Part shown: positions 37,957 to 48,020 of the stretch, piece by piece
Numbering within the stretch: the stretch's first letter is position 1
Layout: each line of letters begins with the position of its first letter
DNA from: Rhodothermaceae bacterium bin80
GTDB lineage: Bacteria; Bacteroidota; Rhodothermia; Rhodothermales; Bin80
DNA: 64,000 bases
NCBI GenBank assembly: GCA_002238805.1
Contig: MPNB01000009.1
Coordinates: 123-64,122, forward strand
Direction of reading: 5' to 3'
Program-made: the position numbers and the translations under genes
Notes under the pieces: generated by a model
Seen by the model: the letters and a program-made list of their open reading frames with translations, nothing else
Told to the model about the DNA's origin: nothing
Database searches by the model: none

Positions 37957-39546
37957 ATGAATAATCTGAATGAATTAATGCGTACGCTGTCTCAGTACGA
38001 GTTGCTGAGAGTTGTTGAGCGAGAAGCTAAAGACCTGGAGCTTAGCGTGTACGCGGTTGGTGGATTTGTTCGGGATGCAATTCTCGGGCGTCCAACGGTG
38101 GATTTAGATTTTGTGGTTTTGGGCCACGGTGCAGGCATTCGGCTTGCTCAATCGGTGAGTAGACGCCTAAATGGTTCCATGGCCCATGTTTACCCGAAAT
38201 TTGGAACAGCTGCTGTTCGAGTGGGGGATACAATGTTGGAGTTTGTGGCCGCTCGGCGGGAGAGTTATCGAGCAGATTCTCGTAAACCGATCGTAGAAGA
38301 TGGTACGCTGCAGGATGATTTGCTTCGGCGGGATTTTACCATTAACACGCTGGCAATCAGTCTTACAGGAGAATTGCCATTTGGTGAATTACTGGACCCG
38401 TTCGGTGGTCTTGTAGATTTAGATGCGGGTCGTATTCGCACACCGAGGCCTGCCAGGGCTACGTTTGCAGATGATCCTTTACGTATGATCAGGGCAGCCC
38501 GGTTTGCAGCTCAGCTGGATTTCCATGTTAACGTAGATACCTGCAGGGCTATGCGACAGGAAGCCCGACGTATCGGCATTGTGAGTCAGGAAAGGATAAC
38601 GGATGAGTTGCACAAGATTATGGCAAGCCCGAAGCCTTCGGTTGGACTGCGAATTTTGGAGGAGATGGCGCTCCTTCACGAGTTTATCCCTGAACTCAGC
38701 GCATTGCGAGGTGTGGATACAGTGGCCGGGCAGCGCCATAAGGATAATTTCTTCCACACGTTGCAGGTAGTGGACAACGTGGCTGAAACGGCTCCGCCGG
38801 ATAAGTACTGGTTGCGTTGGGCTGCACTCCTGCACGACATTGCCAAGCCACGCACCAAGCGGTTCGTGTCTGGTACTGGTTGGACATTTCACGGTCATGA
38901 GGATCGCGGTGCCCGGATGGTTCCCAAGCTGTTCAAAAAGTTACGCTTACCGTTGGATGAGCGGATGACCTATGTCAGCAAACTGGTAGCTCTGCATCAT
39001 CGACCTGTAGCACTTGTGGATGACGAGGTGACGGATTCTGCGGTTCGCCGGCTATTGTTTGACGCTGGGGAAGATATTGAAGACCTGATGACACTGGTTC
39101 GTGCGGATATTACCTCACGTAATCCACATCGTGTACGGCGTTACTTGCGGGCATTCGATTCGGTAGAGAATAAGTTTGCAGAAGTCGAAGCTAAAGATCA
39201 TCTACGGAATTTTCAGCCGCCATTGGGTGGGCGGGAGATCATGGAGGTTGTTGGGATCAAGGCCGGTATTGCTGTTGGAATTATTAAGGACGCAGTCCGC
39301 GAAGCTATTTTGGATGCGAAGATTCCAAATGAACATACTGCCGCGTTTGCCCTGATGATGGAGATCAAGGATGACGCGCTGCGTCGAGCCCAACTCTACG
39401 AGGAGGTGATTTTACCAATGCGCGGGAACGAGCGGCGCGTAGCACACGCGTTGAAGCAGGAAATCATGGGCGGAGATATTCCCGAAGACCACAGTGCTGC
39501 TTTGGCTCACCTGATGGCGCTGAAAACGCGTTTACTCGTCGTCTAG
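37957..39546 (+). CDS. Poly(A) polymerase / CCA-adding tRNA nucleotidyltransferase family protein with HD domain
   Basis: VYAVGGFVRDAILGRPTVDLDFVV (GGxVRD..DxD), RRDFTINTLA, and an HD motif (ALLHDIAKP ... HGHEDRG). 529 aa. Confidence 0.85.
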   Translation: MNNLNELMRTLSQYELLRVVEREAKDLELSVYAVGGFVRDAILGRPTVDLDFVVLGHGAGIRLAQSVSRRLNGSMAHVYPKFGTAAVRVGDTMLEFVAARRESYRADSRKPIVEDGTLQDDLLRRDFTINTLAISLTGELPFGELLDPFGGLVDLDAGRIRTPRPARATFADDPLRMIRAARFAAQLDFHVNVDTCRAMRQEARRIGIVSQERITDELHKIMASPKPSVGLRILEEMALLHEFIPELSALRGVDTVAGQRHKDNFFHTLQVVDNVAETAPPDKYWLRWAALLHDIAKPRTKRFVSGTGWTFHGHEDRGARMVPKLFKKLRLPLDERMTYVSKLVALHHRPVALVDDEVTDSAVRRLLFDAGEDIEDLMTLVRADITSRNPHRVRRYLRAFDSVENKFAEVEAKDHLRNFQPPLGGREIMEVVGIKAGIAVGIIKDAVREAILDAKIPNEHTAAFALMMEIKDDALRRAQLYEEVILPMRGNERRVAHALKQEIMGGDIPEDHSAALAHLMALKTRLLVV

Positions 39547-39933
39547 CGGGGCTGGGCGCACATCCCAACTCAGCATTTGCTCAATCGTTGCGAAATCCTC
39601 CTCTCCGGTTGTGTCTGTGAAGGCATAGTCGCCGAGGGTGATCCGAGCCATTGGACTTAACCGCTTCCACTGAAACTCTTCCCGATCTTCGAACTCATCA
39701 GGAAAAGGGCTCGGGACTTCGTAACCGGGATGATAGGTTTTGTAGGTTTTATGCGCTTCGTGGATAGCTGCCCGGCGCGCCCCGGGTTCTGTGACGCTGG
39801 AGCCTTGCACCTCAAAGGGAGTCACGGTAATTGTTGCCGTGACTGTACCATCTTCATGCTCCTCGTATTCAGGACGCATAACCTCAAAGTCCAAGGGCTT
39901 GGGGTATGCACTCCGCTCATCAAAATCACGCAT
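39532..39933 (-). CDS. Hypothetical acidic protein (133 aa)
   Basis: Open frame with ATG start. Its 3' end overlaps the convergent upstream gene by 15 nt. No motif. Confidence 0.35.
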   Translation of the reverse strand: MRDFDERSAYPKPLDFEVMRPEYEEHEDGTVTATITVTPFEVQGSSVTEPGARRAAIHEAHKTYKTYHPGYEVPSPFPDEFEDREEFQWKRLSPMARITLGDYAFTDTTGEEDFATIEQMLSWDVRPAPLDDE

Positions 39934-40364
39934 CTATTACGATAGAATGTTTTTCACGTAGCTCTCGGTACCTAAGTTTTATTCTCCCCATGGTACCGCG
40001 TCGTAGACTTTAACTAGAATACTTGGAGCGAGGTTCAGCTTTTTCACAATACTTTGGGGATACCGCGTGGATAAGTCTATGATCCTGTGGAAATGCTATT
40101 GCAATAATGGCATTTGTATTTTGTTTATCTTGAAACTCGCTCGGGCATGATCATATCGTAGCAAAATCGTATCATAAATTCCCGAACTCAGCCGGAACTT
40201 AGCGGGCAGAAGGACTTTTCATATATCACACATTTTGCTATACATTGTAGGTTTAATGGCATTTATGTAGTAAATTAGGGCGCGTAGCCCGTGTCGGAGC
40301 TTCCATAACGCGGTTCGTCGAACTTTTAACCACATCGCACACCACCAAACCCTTTACCATAGAG

Positions 40365-43331
40365 ATGGAGCCAGTGACTGACAAACACATTCCCCCGTCA
40401 TCACCTACCGAGTCTACAAAAGATGGACTGTCTATTGAACGTGTTTTCTCTACGGAAGGCGAGAACGCACTTGATTCAGTCGAATGGGAACGTCGGGATG
40501 CAGTGATCAAGAATCCTCAGGGAGAATTAGTGTTTGAGCAGAAAGAGGTTGAGTTTCCCAAGGATTGGAGTCCCTTGGCGACAAACGTCGTGGCTTCTAA
40601 ATACTTCTATGGAGATCAGGCAAACATATACTTGGATCCAGATGAAGGAGGACGTGAGTATTCGCTACGCCAGTTAATCCACCGCGTGACGCGTACAATA
40701 GCCGACTGGGGGCACAAGCAGGGCTATTTTTCCACCCAGAAGGATGCTGATTGTTTTTACGATGAACTCACTTGGCTTTGCGTGAATCAACATGGGGCCT
40801 TCAACTCCCCGGTGTGGTTCAACGTCGGTCTGCACGAGTGTTATGGCGTCAAGGATTCGGGGGATCGGACGATCTGGGGCTGGGATCCGACCGAGCAAGA
40901 TGTTGTGGATGTAGATCCATACGAGTATCCACAGGGATCGGCCTGCTTCATTATTTCGGTTGAGGATTCGATCGATGATATCTGGCAGCTGATGAGTGAG
41001 AGCGCCCGCCTATTCAAGTTTGGTTCTGGTGTCGGTGCTGACTGGTCGACACTCCGATCGACCCATGAGAAACTATCCGGTGGTGGTATCCCAAGTGGTC
41101 CGGTGAGCTTCATGCGTGTCCAAGATGCTACCGGAGGTACAATTAAGAGTGGAGGCAAGACACGTCGGGCTGCAATAATGCAGACGCTGAAAGTCTGGCA
41201 CCCAGATGTCATGGAGTTTATTGATGCCAAAAAGACAGAAGAAAAAAAGGCATGGGCATTGATTGAACAGGGTTATGATGGATCATTTAACGGTCCGGCC
41301 TATGGTTCTGTGGCGTTTCAAAACGTGAACCAATCTGTGCGCGTGAACGATGAGTTCATGTATTCGGCGGGATCGGGTACACCGTTTGCGCTCCGCAAAG
41401 TGACAACGAATGAGGTTGTCACAGAGGTTGATGCCAGGATGGTCCTTGATCGTATCGCCGATGGCACGCACATCTGCGGAGATCCCGGTATGCAGTACGA
41501 AGACACGATTCAGCGATGGCATACCTGTAAGGTGACGGGTCCTATCAACTCGAGCAATCCCTGCTCTGAGTACATGTTTCTGGATAACTCTGCGTGTAAC
41601 CTAGCCAGTCTTAACCTGCGCAAATTTCAGCAGGAAGATGGTTCCTTTGATGTTGAGCGTTTCAGAGCTGCGGTTCGAATCTACATTACCGCGATGGAGA
41701 TTATCGTGGATAATGCCGGGTATCCGAGTGAAAGTATTGCTAGAAACAGCCATCTTTTCCGTCCATTGGGGCTTGGCTTCGCCAATTTGGGTGCTCTCTT
41801 GATGGCTATGGGACTGCCGTACGACAGCGATGAAGGGCGTGCAGTGGCCGGTGCGGTCATGGCGATGGAGCATGCGGAAGCGTATGCCCGGAGCGCTGAA
41901 ATCGCTGCTAATCCCAGAATTGGGCCATTTGAAGGCTATGCGGAAAACCGTGAGAGTATGTTGGACGTGATGCGTATGCATCGGGATGCTGTCGACGAAA
42001 TCGATCAAAATTGCCCGGATTATCTGCTCAGCGCTGCTAAGGAATCCTTGGATCGTATGGTCACGCTGGGTGAATCTCACGGCTATCGGAATGCACAGGT
42101 GACGGTACTTGCCCCAACGGGCACCATTGCCTTTATGATGGATTGTGATACTACCGGCATAGAGCCGGATATCGCACTGGTGAAGTACAAGCTATTGGCG
42201 GGTAAGGGGGATGGTACACTCAAGATTGTCAATCACACGGTACCTGAAGCACTGGTTCGTCTAGGTTATGATGAAGGGCAGATTGAAAGCATACTTCGTT
42301 ATATAAATGAGCATGATACCATAGAGGGGGCTCCTGATCTGGATGAGGCACATCTCCCTGTTTTTGACTGTGCATTCAAACCGTTCAAGGGGACGCGAAG
42401 TGTACACTCCATGGGACATATCCGCATGATGGCGGCTTGTCAACCGTTTGTATCAGGTGCAATCTCGAAGACAGTGAATATGCCGGAGGAGGTTACCGTG
42501 GACGAAATAAGCGAGGCTTACATGGAGGGTTGGCGCTTAGGTCTGAAAGCATTGGCCATTTACCGCGAGAACTCCAAGAGAAGCCAACCCTTATCAACCT
42601 CGAAGGGTGGAAATACCAAAGGTGCTTCCTCAGGTGACGGGTTACCGGAAGCACCGAAGGTTGTGGAAAGGGTCGAATCCCGCATCATATACAAGTCTAC
42701 GCGTAAGCGTCTTCCAGATGAGCGACCAGCCCTTACACACAAGTTCAGCGTTAGCGGTCACGAAGGGTATTTACATGTAGGACTATACCCCGACACAAAC
42801 CTGCCGGGAGAGATCTTTATCCGAATGGCAAAGGAGGGGTCAACGATATCTGGACTGATGGATGCCTTTGCTACGAGTATTTCGATTGCTTTGCAGTATG
42901 GTGTTCCCTTGGAAGACTTGTGCTCTAAATTCAGCTTTATGCGCTTCGAACCGAGTGGACCCACGAATAATCCAAATATTCCAATGGCGGCGTCCATAAT
43001 GGACTACATCTTTCGGTACTTGGCACTCACATTCACAGAGGAGCAGGTTATGTCGGATGTCATAAAAAACGTCATTGGAGCAATAGAATCAGACATTGCG
43101 AGTCAGCGGGATGCTGAAGAAGAACAGCAGGTATCGCTTGAACTTGGACCTGCGCCGATCAATTCGCCCCAGGCAGGAGCCGTGCAGCCGGCAGAATCTG
43201 TTAGTACAGAAAACGGTACCTACCAACACCAGGACGATGCGCCCATATGTCCAACCTGTGGATCAATTACCGTGCGAAGCGGAGCGTGTTATGTTTGCAC
43301 ACATTGCGGAAGCTCCAGCGGCTGTGGATGA
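40365..43331 (+). CDS. nrdJ: Adenosylcobalamin-dependent (class II) ribonucleotide reductase
   Basis: 988 aa. NSSNPCSEYMFLDNSACNLASLNL (active-site Cys/Asn/Glu loop), VLAPTGTIAFMMDCDTTGIEPD, ISKTVNMP, and a C-terminal CPTCGS...CYVCTHCGSSSGC zinc-ribbon tail. Confidence 0.9.
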   Translation: MEPVTDKHIPPSSPTESTKDGLSIERVFSTEGENALDSVEWERRDAVIKNPQGELVFEQKEVEFPKDWSPLATNVVASKYFYGDQANIYLDPDEGGREYSLRQLIHRVTRTIADWGHKQGYFSTQKDADCFYDELTWLCVNQHGAFNSPVWFNVGLHECYGVKDSGDRTIWGWDPTEQDVVDVDPYEYPQGSACFIISVEDSIDDIWQLMSESARLFKFGSGVGADWSTLRSTHEKLSGGGIPSGPVSFMRVQDATGGTIKSGGKTRRAAIMQTLKVWHPDVMEFIDAKKTEEKKAWALIEQGYDGSFNGPAYGSVAFQNVNQSVRVNDEFMYSAGSGTPFALRKVTTNEVVTEVDARMVLDRIADGTHICGDPGMQYEDTIQRWHTCKVTGPINSSNPCSEYMFLDNSACNLASLNLRKFQQEDGSFDVERFRAAVRIYITAMEIIVDNAGYPSESIARNSHLFRPLGLGFANLGALLMAMGLPYDSDEGRAVAGAVMAMEHAEAYARSAEIAANPRIGPFEGYAENRESMLDVMRMHRDAVDEIDQNCPDYLLSAAKESLDRMVTLGESHGYRNAQVTVLAPTGTIAFMMDCDTTGIEPDIALVKYKLLAGKGDGTLKIVNHTVPEALVRLGYDEGQIESILRYINEHDTIEGAPDLDEAHLPVFDCAFKPFKGTRSVHSMGHIRMMAACQPFVSGAISKTVNMPEEVTVDEISEAYMEGWRLGLKALAIYRENSKRSQPLSTSKGGNTKGASSGDGLPEAPKVVERVESRIIYKSTRKRLPDERPALTHKFSVSGHEGYLHVGLYPDTNLPGEIFIRMAKEGSTISGLMDAFATSISIALQYGVPLEDLCSKFSFMRFEPSGPTNNPNIPMAASIMDYIFRYLALTFTEEQVMSDVIKNVIGAIESDIASQRDAEEEQQVSLELGPAPINSPQAGAVQPAESVSTENGTYQHQDDAPICPTCGSITVRSGACYVCTHCGSSSGCG

Positions 43332-43965
43332 GAGCGTACCTCGAGGAGATGAGGAGCTGAAAAATCTCTTGGGCAGGGTCAAAGAGGAGTTTTGATGAGT
43401 TGATCATCATAGCGTTGCTGAAGGGGATCCAGATAGCTTCGGGTCCATCGAACAGGATATGGTGGTTCTCGCAGCATTCCAGAGGTATTCGCGGAAGTTC
43501 CCCCTTTTCTCAGTTACTCCAGAGTGAGATATTCCCCGATGATTCGAGACGTTTTGGGGTAGATTTGCCACGGTCAGAGGGGCGGGATAGCAGATTTATT
43601 CTGTGACGTCTGTCCTATAAGCTGGACGACTATACTGTGACATCCACAAGTTTGAGGGCCCGTCTTTGTGTGTCGCTGATCTCCTCAAATCACGCTGAAA
43701 ACGGAGACCACCGCGACCTGAAAGTCAAGCCGATTTTTCAGGATGGGGCAGATACGTCTTGATTTCTTTTTCCAAACGAGGCAGTATGTCGCATTTACGG
43801 GGTATCGGAGATACGACTTGCATATACTTTTCATTCGAGAGCTGTCAAGCCATCTAACGGATATGTGGAGCGGTGCGATTGAAAAAATTTCCGAGGCTGT
43901 TTGCGTCCTGCACCGTTGCTGACCAGCTGAAGCCGCAGCCGAACTTATGGACTTCTGCTGTGTCG

Positions 43966-46900
43966 TCATTTTATGCGTACGAAGCTGCCTGTGTGAACGG
44001 AGCTTCTCTCCGGCGAAGTAGCCGTCAGACGGTACAGGTACAAGCCGGAGGGCAACGCACGACCGCTCAGTGGGATCATGTGCTTCCATCCTGCAGCTTT
44101 CCCGGTTGCCGGCACGGTAAACACGCGCCGCCCCGTTATGTCCATGACCTCGATCGTCACGCTGGCAGGCCAGGGAAGGTCAAACACAAGGCGCGTGGAC
44201 TCCCGGAACGGATTGGGATAGTTACCGTGTACGGCAAAGGACTCTGGCAACGATTCGTGCTCGGCGGCCACCGGAGAGAATACCTCCACAGTAAACAGCA
44301 AACTGTCGCGGGAGCCGTTTGCCCCGGTGGCGCTGTACGTGTACGGCTTTGGAGCATCTGTGACCACGGTCGGCGTTCCGGTCAAAATGCGGGTGGTGGC
44401 GTCAATAGCCAGTCCTGCCGGAAGCGCGGGGGTCAAGGTATACGTTACCGGAGCAGCGCCTCCTGCGGCTTCGGGAAGAACGAGTGGATCAATGGGTTGT
44501 GCGCGAGCGAAGGACAGATCGGCAATCATGTCCCCGAATGAAACGGCCGGAACGACTTCAACCGTGAACGTCAAACTGGCGGCGTTCCCGGAGTGGTCAG
44601 TAACCCAATACATATAGCTTGCAGCGGGCGTGACCGCCGTCGGTGTGCCGCTAATGGTCCTCGAGGAGACATCAAAACTCAATCCCGCGGGCAGTGCAGG
44701 CTCCACCGCATAGGTGTACGGCGTCGCACCGCCGGTGGCCTCGGGAAGGACAAGCGAAGCAACGGGCCGGTTCACGGTAAAGGTCCGGTTATCCATGTCA
44801 CTTGCAAATTGCAATGGGCCACAGGTCGGACCTCTTACGTCCGGGATACCGCTGAGCCAACCCTGAAAAGCGTCGTCAGACGGAGCGCAGAGCGTCTGGC
44901 CGCGAAAGTAGAAAGACCTGAGATTATCCAACTGCATCAAGCTGCGCGGCAGCACGCCCGTCAAATCATTGTCGTCCAGCCACAGGAACTGCAGCTGCGT
45001 GAGGTTGCCGAGCTCGGGCGGAATCACCCCGGTAAGGGTATTGTCGGACAGCCACAGCCACTCCAGCTGCGTGAGGTTGCCGAGCTCGGGCGGAATCACC
45101 CCGGTAAGGGTATTGTCGGACAACCACAGGTACAGCAGCTGTGTGAGGTTGCCGAGCTCGGGCGGAATCACCCCGGTAAGAGAATTGCCGCCCAACAACA
45201 GCGACCCCAGCTGCGTGAGGTTGCCGAGCTCGGGCGGAATCACCCCGGTAAGGGCATTGTCACCCAGCCCCAGCGACTGCAGCTTCGTGAGGTCACTGAG
45301 CTCGGGCAGAATTGCCCCGGTAAGGGCATTGCCGGACAGCTGCAATCGCTGCAATTGCGTGAGGCTGCCGAGCTCGGGCGGAATCCCCCCGGTGAGGGCA
45401 TTGTAACTCAGAGTCAGCGACTGCAGCTGCGGGAAGTTGCCGAGTTCGGGGGGAATCTCCCCGGTAAGGGTATTGTTCCACAGCCCCAGCGACCGCAGCT
45501 GCGGAAGGTCACCGAGCTCAGGCGGAATTTTCCCGGTAAGGGAGTTGCCGCCCAGATCCAGCTCCGACAGCTGCGTGAGGCTACCGAGCTCGGGCGGAAG
45601 CTGTCCCGTGAGATTGTTGTTCGACAAGCCCAACGTGACCAGCCAGCCCTCGTTAAGAAAGACACCAGCCCATGTGCCCAGATCTTCCTCTGTTGGAACC
45701 CGCGTGATGTCCCAGTTGTCATTACGCGTCCAGTTGTCGCCGCCCGTCGCCGTGTAAAGTGCACTCAGGCTCCGGTGCACTTTCTCCAATGAACGGTTAA
45801 CCCGAAAAGAAAGCATGTCCGGCTGGTCCTCGTGCGCACCGTCACGGATGTAGGTAAAGAACCGCACCCGCTGGTTCGCAGGTGCATTCGCAGCTACCCT
45901 GAATTCCAATCGGACCTCAACCGAGTTTCCGCTGGCCAGGTAGCCAACATCCGCTTCCGCCACTGACATGTCTATGAACGGATAGGGTTCAGCCCCCACA
46001 AGCCCCACCCTGAGCTGATGGGCATTGGAAAGGTAGTTGACCACCGTCGCCGTGACCGTTACCACATCGCCGGATGCTATCTGACGGTCACCGTCGCGGT
46101 CGGTCCAGCTCCAGCGCTTGAGTCGCACCCCGGGCAAAGACGGAGCCTGAACAGCGGCCAGCGCATTGACAAAGCCGCGCCCCAGCTGCCCGGCATAAGC
46201 CGGGTTCTCCGCGTCAATGTTGTCGCTCGTCAGACGAATGTGCTCTCGCAGCGCGTCCGGTGTCATCTCGGGAAACCTCGTCTTCACCAATGCCGCTACG
46301 CCGGCCGTCAGTGGCGACGAATACGACGTGCCGCTGATGGACACATACCCGTTGCCGGATCCGGTCGTCAAAATGGTCACACCTGGTGCAAAGACGTTCA
46401 CCAGCTTCCCGTAGTTCGAAAAGCCCGCCCGCCTGCGCGTGGACTTCTCCGTGGCACCTACCGACAGCACCCGTGGATTGCGGGCCGGGTAGTACCGAAA
46501 AAGGTCGCTGTTGCGATTGGCGTTAGTGGCCGCTGCCACCACGAGTGCGCCCATGTCGGTGGCCAAATCCAGCGTTTGGTCAGGGAGCTTGACTTGATCG
46601 TCGGTATCCACCAGACCGCTCCAGCTCGCGTTAATGAGGTCCGCCCCGTTGGCGGCCGCATAAAGGATGCCTTCGTAGCCGTAGCAGATGTCCCTGTCAT
46701 GACTGCAACTGCTATTGATGTGCATGATCTCGGCGTTCCAGGCCGCACCGGCTATGCCTGTGCCGTTGTCGGTCACGGCGCTCGCCGGTCCCGCACTCGC
46801 CGTGCCGTGATTGGCATTCCAGGGCGTCTCCGGCAGCCCCGTCGGATCGTTGTTCCTGTCGTCTTGGTTGGCAAAATTGACGCCGTGCACATCATCAATG

Positions 46901-47571
46901 AATCCGTTGTTGTCGTCATCAATGCCGTTGCCGGCGACTTCGTCCGGATTCGTCCACACGTTTGCGCGAAGATCCTCGTGGCGCCATTCGCCGCCCCCGT
47001 CCACGACCGCGATCACGACCCGCGGCGCGCCCTCCTTGCCCCTGATCACATCCCACGCCTCCGGCAACTGCAACAGACGAAGCTCCGGCTGATCGCCAAA
47101 GCGTGGATCATTTGGATCCACGCGCTGCCCGCGGTCCGCCTGCGTCCGGTTAATAGGCACCGGCTCGGCATACACCACGCCCGGCGCCGAAGCCAGACCG
47201 GCGGCGACCTCTTTCGGTAGGGCGTCGGCAGTATAGCGCACATAATACGTGCGACGAAGTGCCAGAAGGTTGCGTCGGGTCTTCGGCGTCGGCTGTACGT
47301 GATCCAGAAACGGATACACGCGCGCTATCAGGTGAACGCCGTAACCCGCTGCCCTCTGGTCAAAGTCCTGCAGTCCTGCATGGGCGGCCTTGTTGGCAAT
47401 GGAGACCTCTGGAGCAAACTGGACCACGACGACGCCAGCCTTGTACGCCGGCTCTTCCTGCGCCAAGGCAGCCGTCGCAAGTAAGGCCAGAACCAGTGGA
47501 AGGACCGCATGGGCGAAAAACCATCTGCCGCTAGGTTTGCATGCAGAAAGAAGTACCCTTATCTGGCCCAT
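43966..47571 (-). CDS. Secreted S8 (subtilisin-like) peptidase - 10 x LRR - 2 x Ig-like (He_PIG-type) - T9SS C-terminal-domain protein
   Basis: Catalytic triad contexts VIAVVDGG (D), NHGTASAG (H), SGTSYSSPLTAG (S). Ten 24-residue LRRs (LTGxIPPELGNLTQLxxLxLxxNx). Two VLPEA(T/A)GGA.P.TY...PALPAGL...TGTPT modules. C-terminal GNYPNPFRESTRLVFDL...GLYLYRL. Confidence 0.85.
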   Translation of the reverse strand: MGQIRVLLSACKPSGRWFFAHAVLPLVLALLATAALAQEEPAYKAGVVVVQFAPEVSIANKAAHAGLQDFDQRAAGYGVHLIARVYPFLDHVQPTPKTRRNLLALRRTYYVRYTADALPKEVAAGLASAPGVVYAEPVPINRTQADRGQRVDPNDPRFGDQPELRLLQLPEAWDVIRGKEGAPRVVIAVVDGGGEWRHEDLRANVWTNPDEVAGNGIDDDNNGFIDDVHGVNFANQDDRNNDPTGLPETPWNANHGTASAGPASAVTDNGTGIAGAAWNAEIMHINSSCSHDRDICYGYEGILYAAANGADLINASWSGLVDTDDQVKLPDQTLDLATDMGALVVAAATNANRNSDLFRYYPARNPRVLSVGATEKSTRRRAGFSNYGKLVNVFAPGVTILTTGSGNGYVSISGTSYSSPLTAGVAALVKTRFPEMTPDALREHIRLTSDNIDAENPAYAGQLGRGFVNALAAVQAPSLPGVRLKRWSWTDRDGDRQIASGDVVTVTATVVNYLSNAHQLRVGLVGAEPYPFIDMSVAEADVGYLASGNSVEVRLEFRVAANAPANQRVRFFTYIRDGAHEDQPDMLSFRVNRSLEKVHRSLSALYTATGGDNWTRNDNWDITRVPTEEDLGTWAGVFLNEGWLVTLGLSNNNLTGQLPPELGSLTQLSELDLGGNSLTGKIPPELGDLPQLRSLGLWNNTLTGEIPPELGNFPQLQSLTLSYNALTGGIPPELGSLTQLQRLQLSGNALTGAILPELSDLTKLQSLGLGDNALTGVIPPELGNLTQLGSLLLGGNSLTGVIPPELGNLTQLLYLWLSDNTLTGVIPPELGNLTQLEWLWLSDNTLTGVIPPELGNLTQLQFLWLDDNDLTGVLPRSLMQLDNLRSFYFRGQTLCAPSDDAFQGWLSGIPDVRGPTCGPLQFASDMDNRTFTVNRPVASLVLPEATGGATPYTYAVEPALPAGLSFDVSSRTISGTPTAVTPAASYMYWVTDHSGNAASLTFTVEVVPAVSFGDMIADLSFARAQPIDPLVLPEAAGGAAPVTYTLTPALPAGLAIDATTRILTGTPTVVTDAPKPYTYSATGANGSRDSLLFTVEVFSPVAAEHESLPESFAVHGNYPNPFRESTRLVFDLPWPASVTIEVMDITGRRVFTVPATGKAAGWKHMIPLSGRALPSGLYLYRLTATSPERSSVHTGSFVRIK
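44931..45650 (-). repeat. Tandem 72-bp coding repeats (LRR units) inside the S8 protease gene
   Basis: The units at 44992-45063, 45064-45135, 45136-45207 and 45208-45279 share a long identical core, GTGAGGTTGCCGAGCTCGGGCGGAATCACCCCGGTAAG. More diverged units flank them on both sides. Confidence 0.85.
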
Positions 47572-47648
47572 TTGGATTCACGGATGAGCCAAGTTGGGTT
47601 GGAGTTACGGTTGGGGTTTTCTCTACAAACAAGGACAGTAGTATTCCC
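47568..47648 (-). mobile_element. Relic of the 5' end of an IS1634-family element
   Basis: The reverse complement is about 80% identical (hand alignment) to 3688-3766. It encodes PNRNSNPTWLIRESKW, versus PNRNSKPTWLIRESKW in the 3701-4321 fragment. Similarity ends exactly at the protease start codon. Confidence 0.55.
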
Positions 47649-48020
47649 TTTAAGTAAGGATCAGTTATATCAAACGTACAGAATAATACGATACAACACA
47701 AATAATTTGAAGTAATAAGGCGGAATTCAATGGGATGCCCCTGGTATCGGTATCACTTGTAGTCGGAGAGCTATACAAAAGATATCGCTCCGGTGACATT
47801 AGTATGGAACAGTTTAAATCAATGTCGGCGAGTGCAACTGGCATAAAATTCGCAAAATTCACAGCTTTGCTTGTGGGCTTGAGTATTCCGGGAGTTAATG
47901 TGGTTGTTGGGGCCGGAATGGTGGCAAGATGGTCTACACGTTATCCAAGCATTTGGAGGGACGCCGGGGACCCTTGGAAAGATCAATTGTCTGAGAGCAA
48001 TATCAGATTATCAATGCTGA

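Noticed and set aside
39960-40364. A possible cobalamin riboswitch, NrdR boxes or DnaA boxes in the 400-nt leader of nrdJ.
   Set aside because: I found no B12-box-like core and no convincing pair of 16-bp NrdR palindromes. The only hits are one 8/9 DnaA-box-like CGTGGATAA (about 40066-40074) and one 7/9 TGTGGAAAT nearby, which is too weak to call. An Rfam scan and a NrdR position-weight-matrix scan would settle this.
44931-45650. A regularly spaced 72-bp direct-repeat array that could superficially resemble a CRISPR or other non-coding repeat locus.
   Set aside because: The repeats are contiguous with no spacers and are in frame within the 1201-aa protease ORF. They translate to canonical 24-residue LRR units, so this is a coding repeat and not a CRISPR array.
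44593-47220. Long plus-strand ORFs (44593-45792 at 399 aa, 46018-47220 at 400 aa, and others) antisense to the protease gene.
   Set aside because: They lie in a GC-rich region where stop codons are rare on all frames. Their products are Arg/Pro/Gly-rich and low in complexity, with no motifs, whereas the minus-strand frame has clear S8, LRR and T9SS signatures. These are shadow ORFs.
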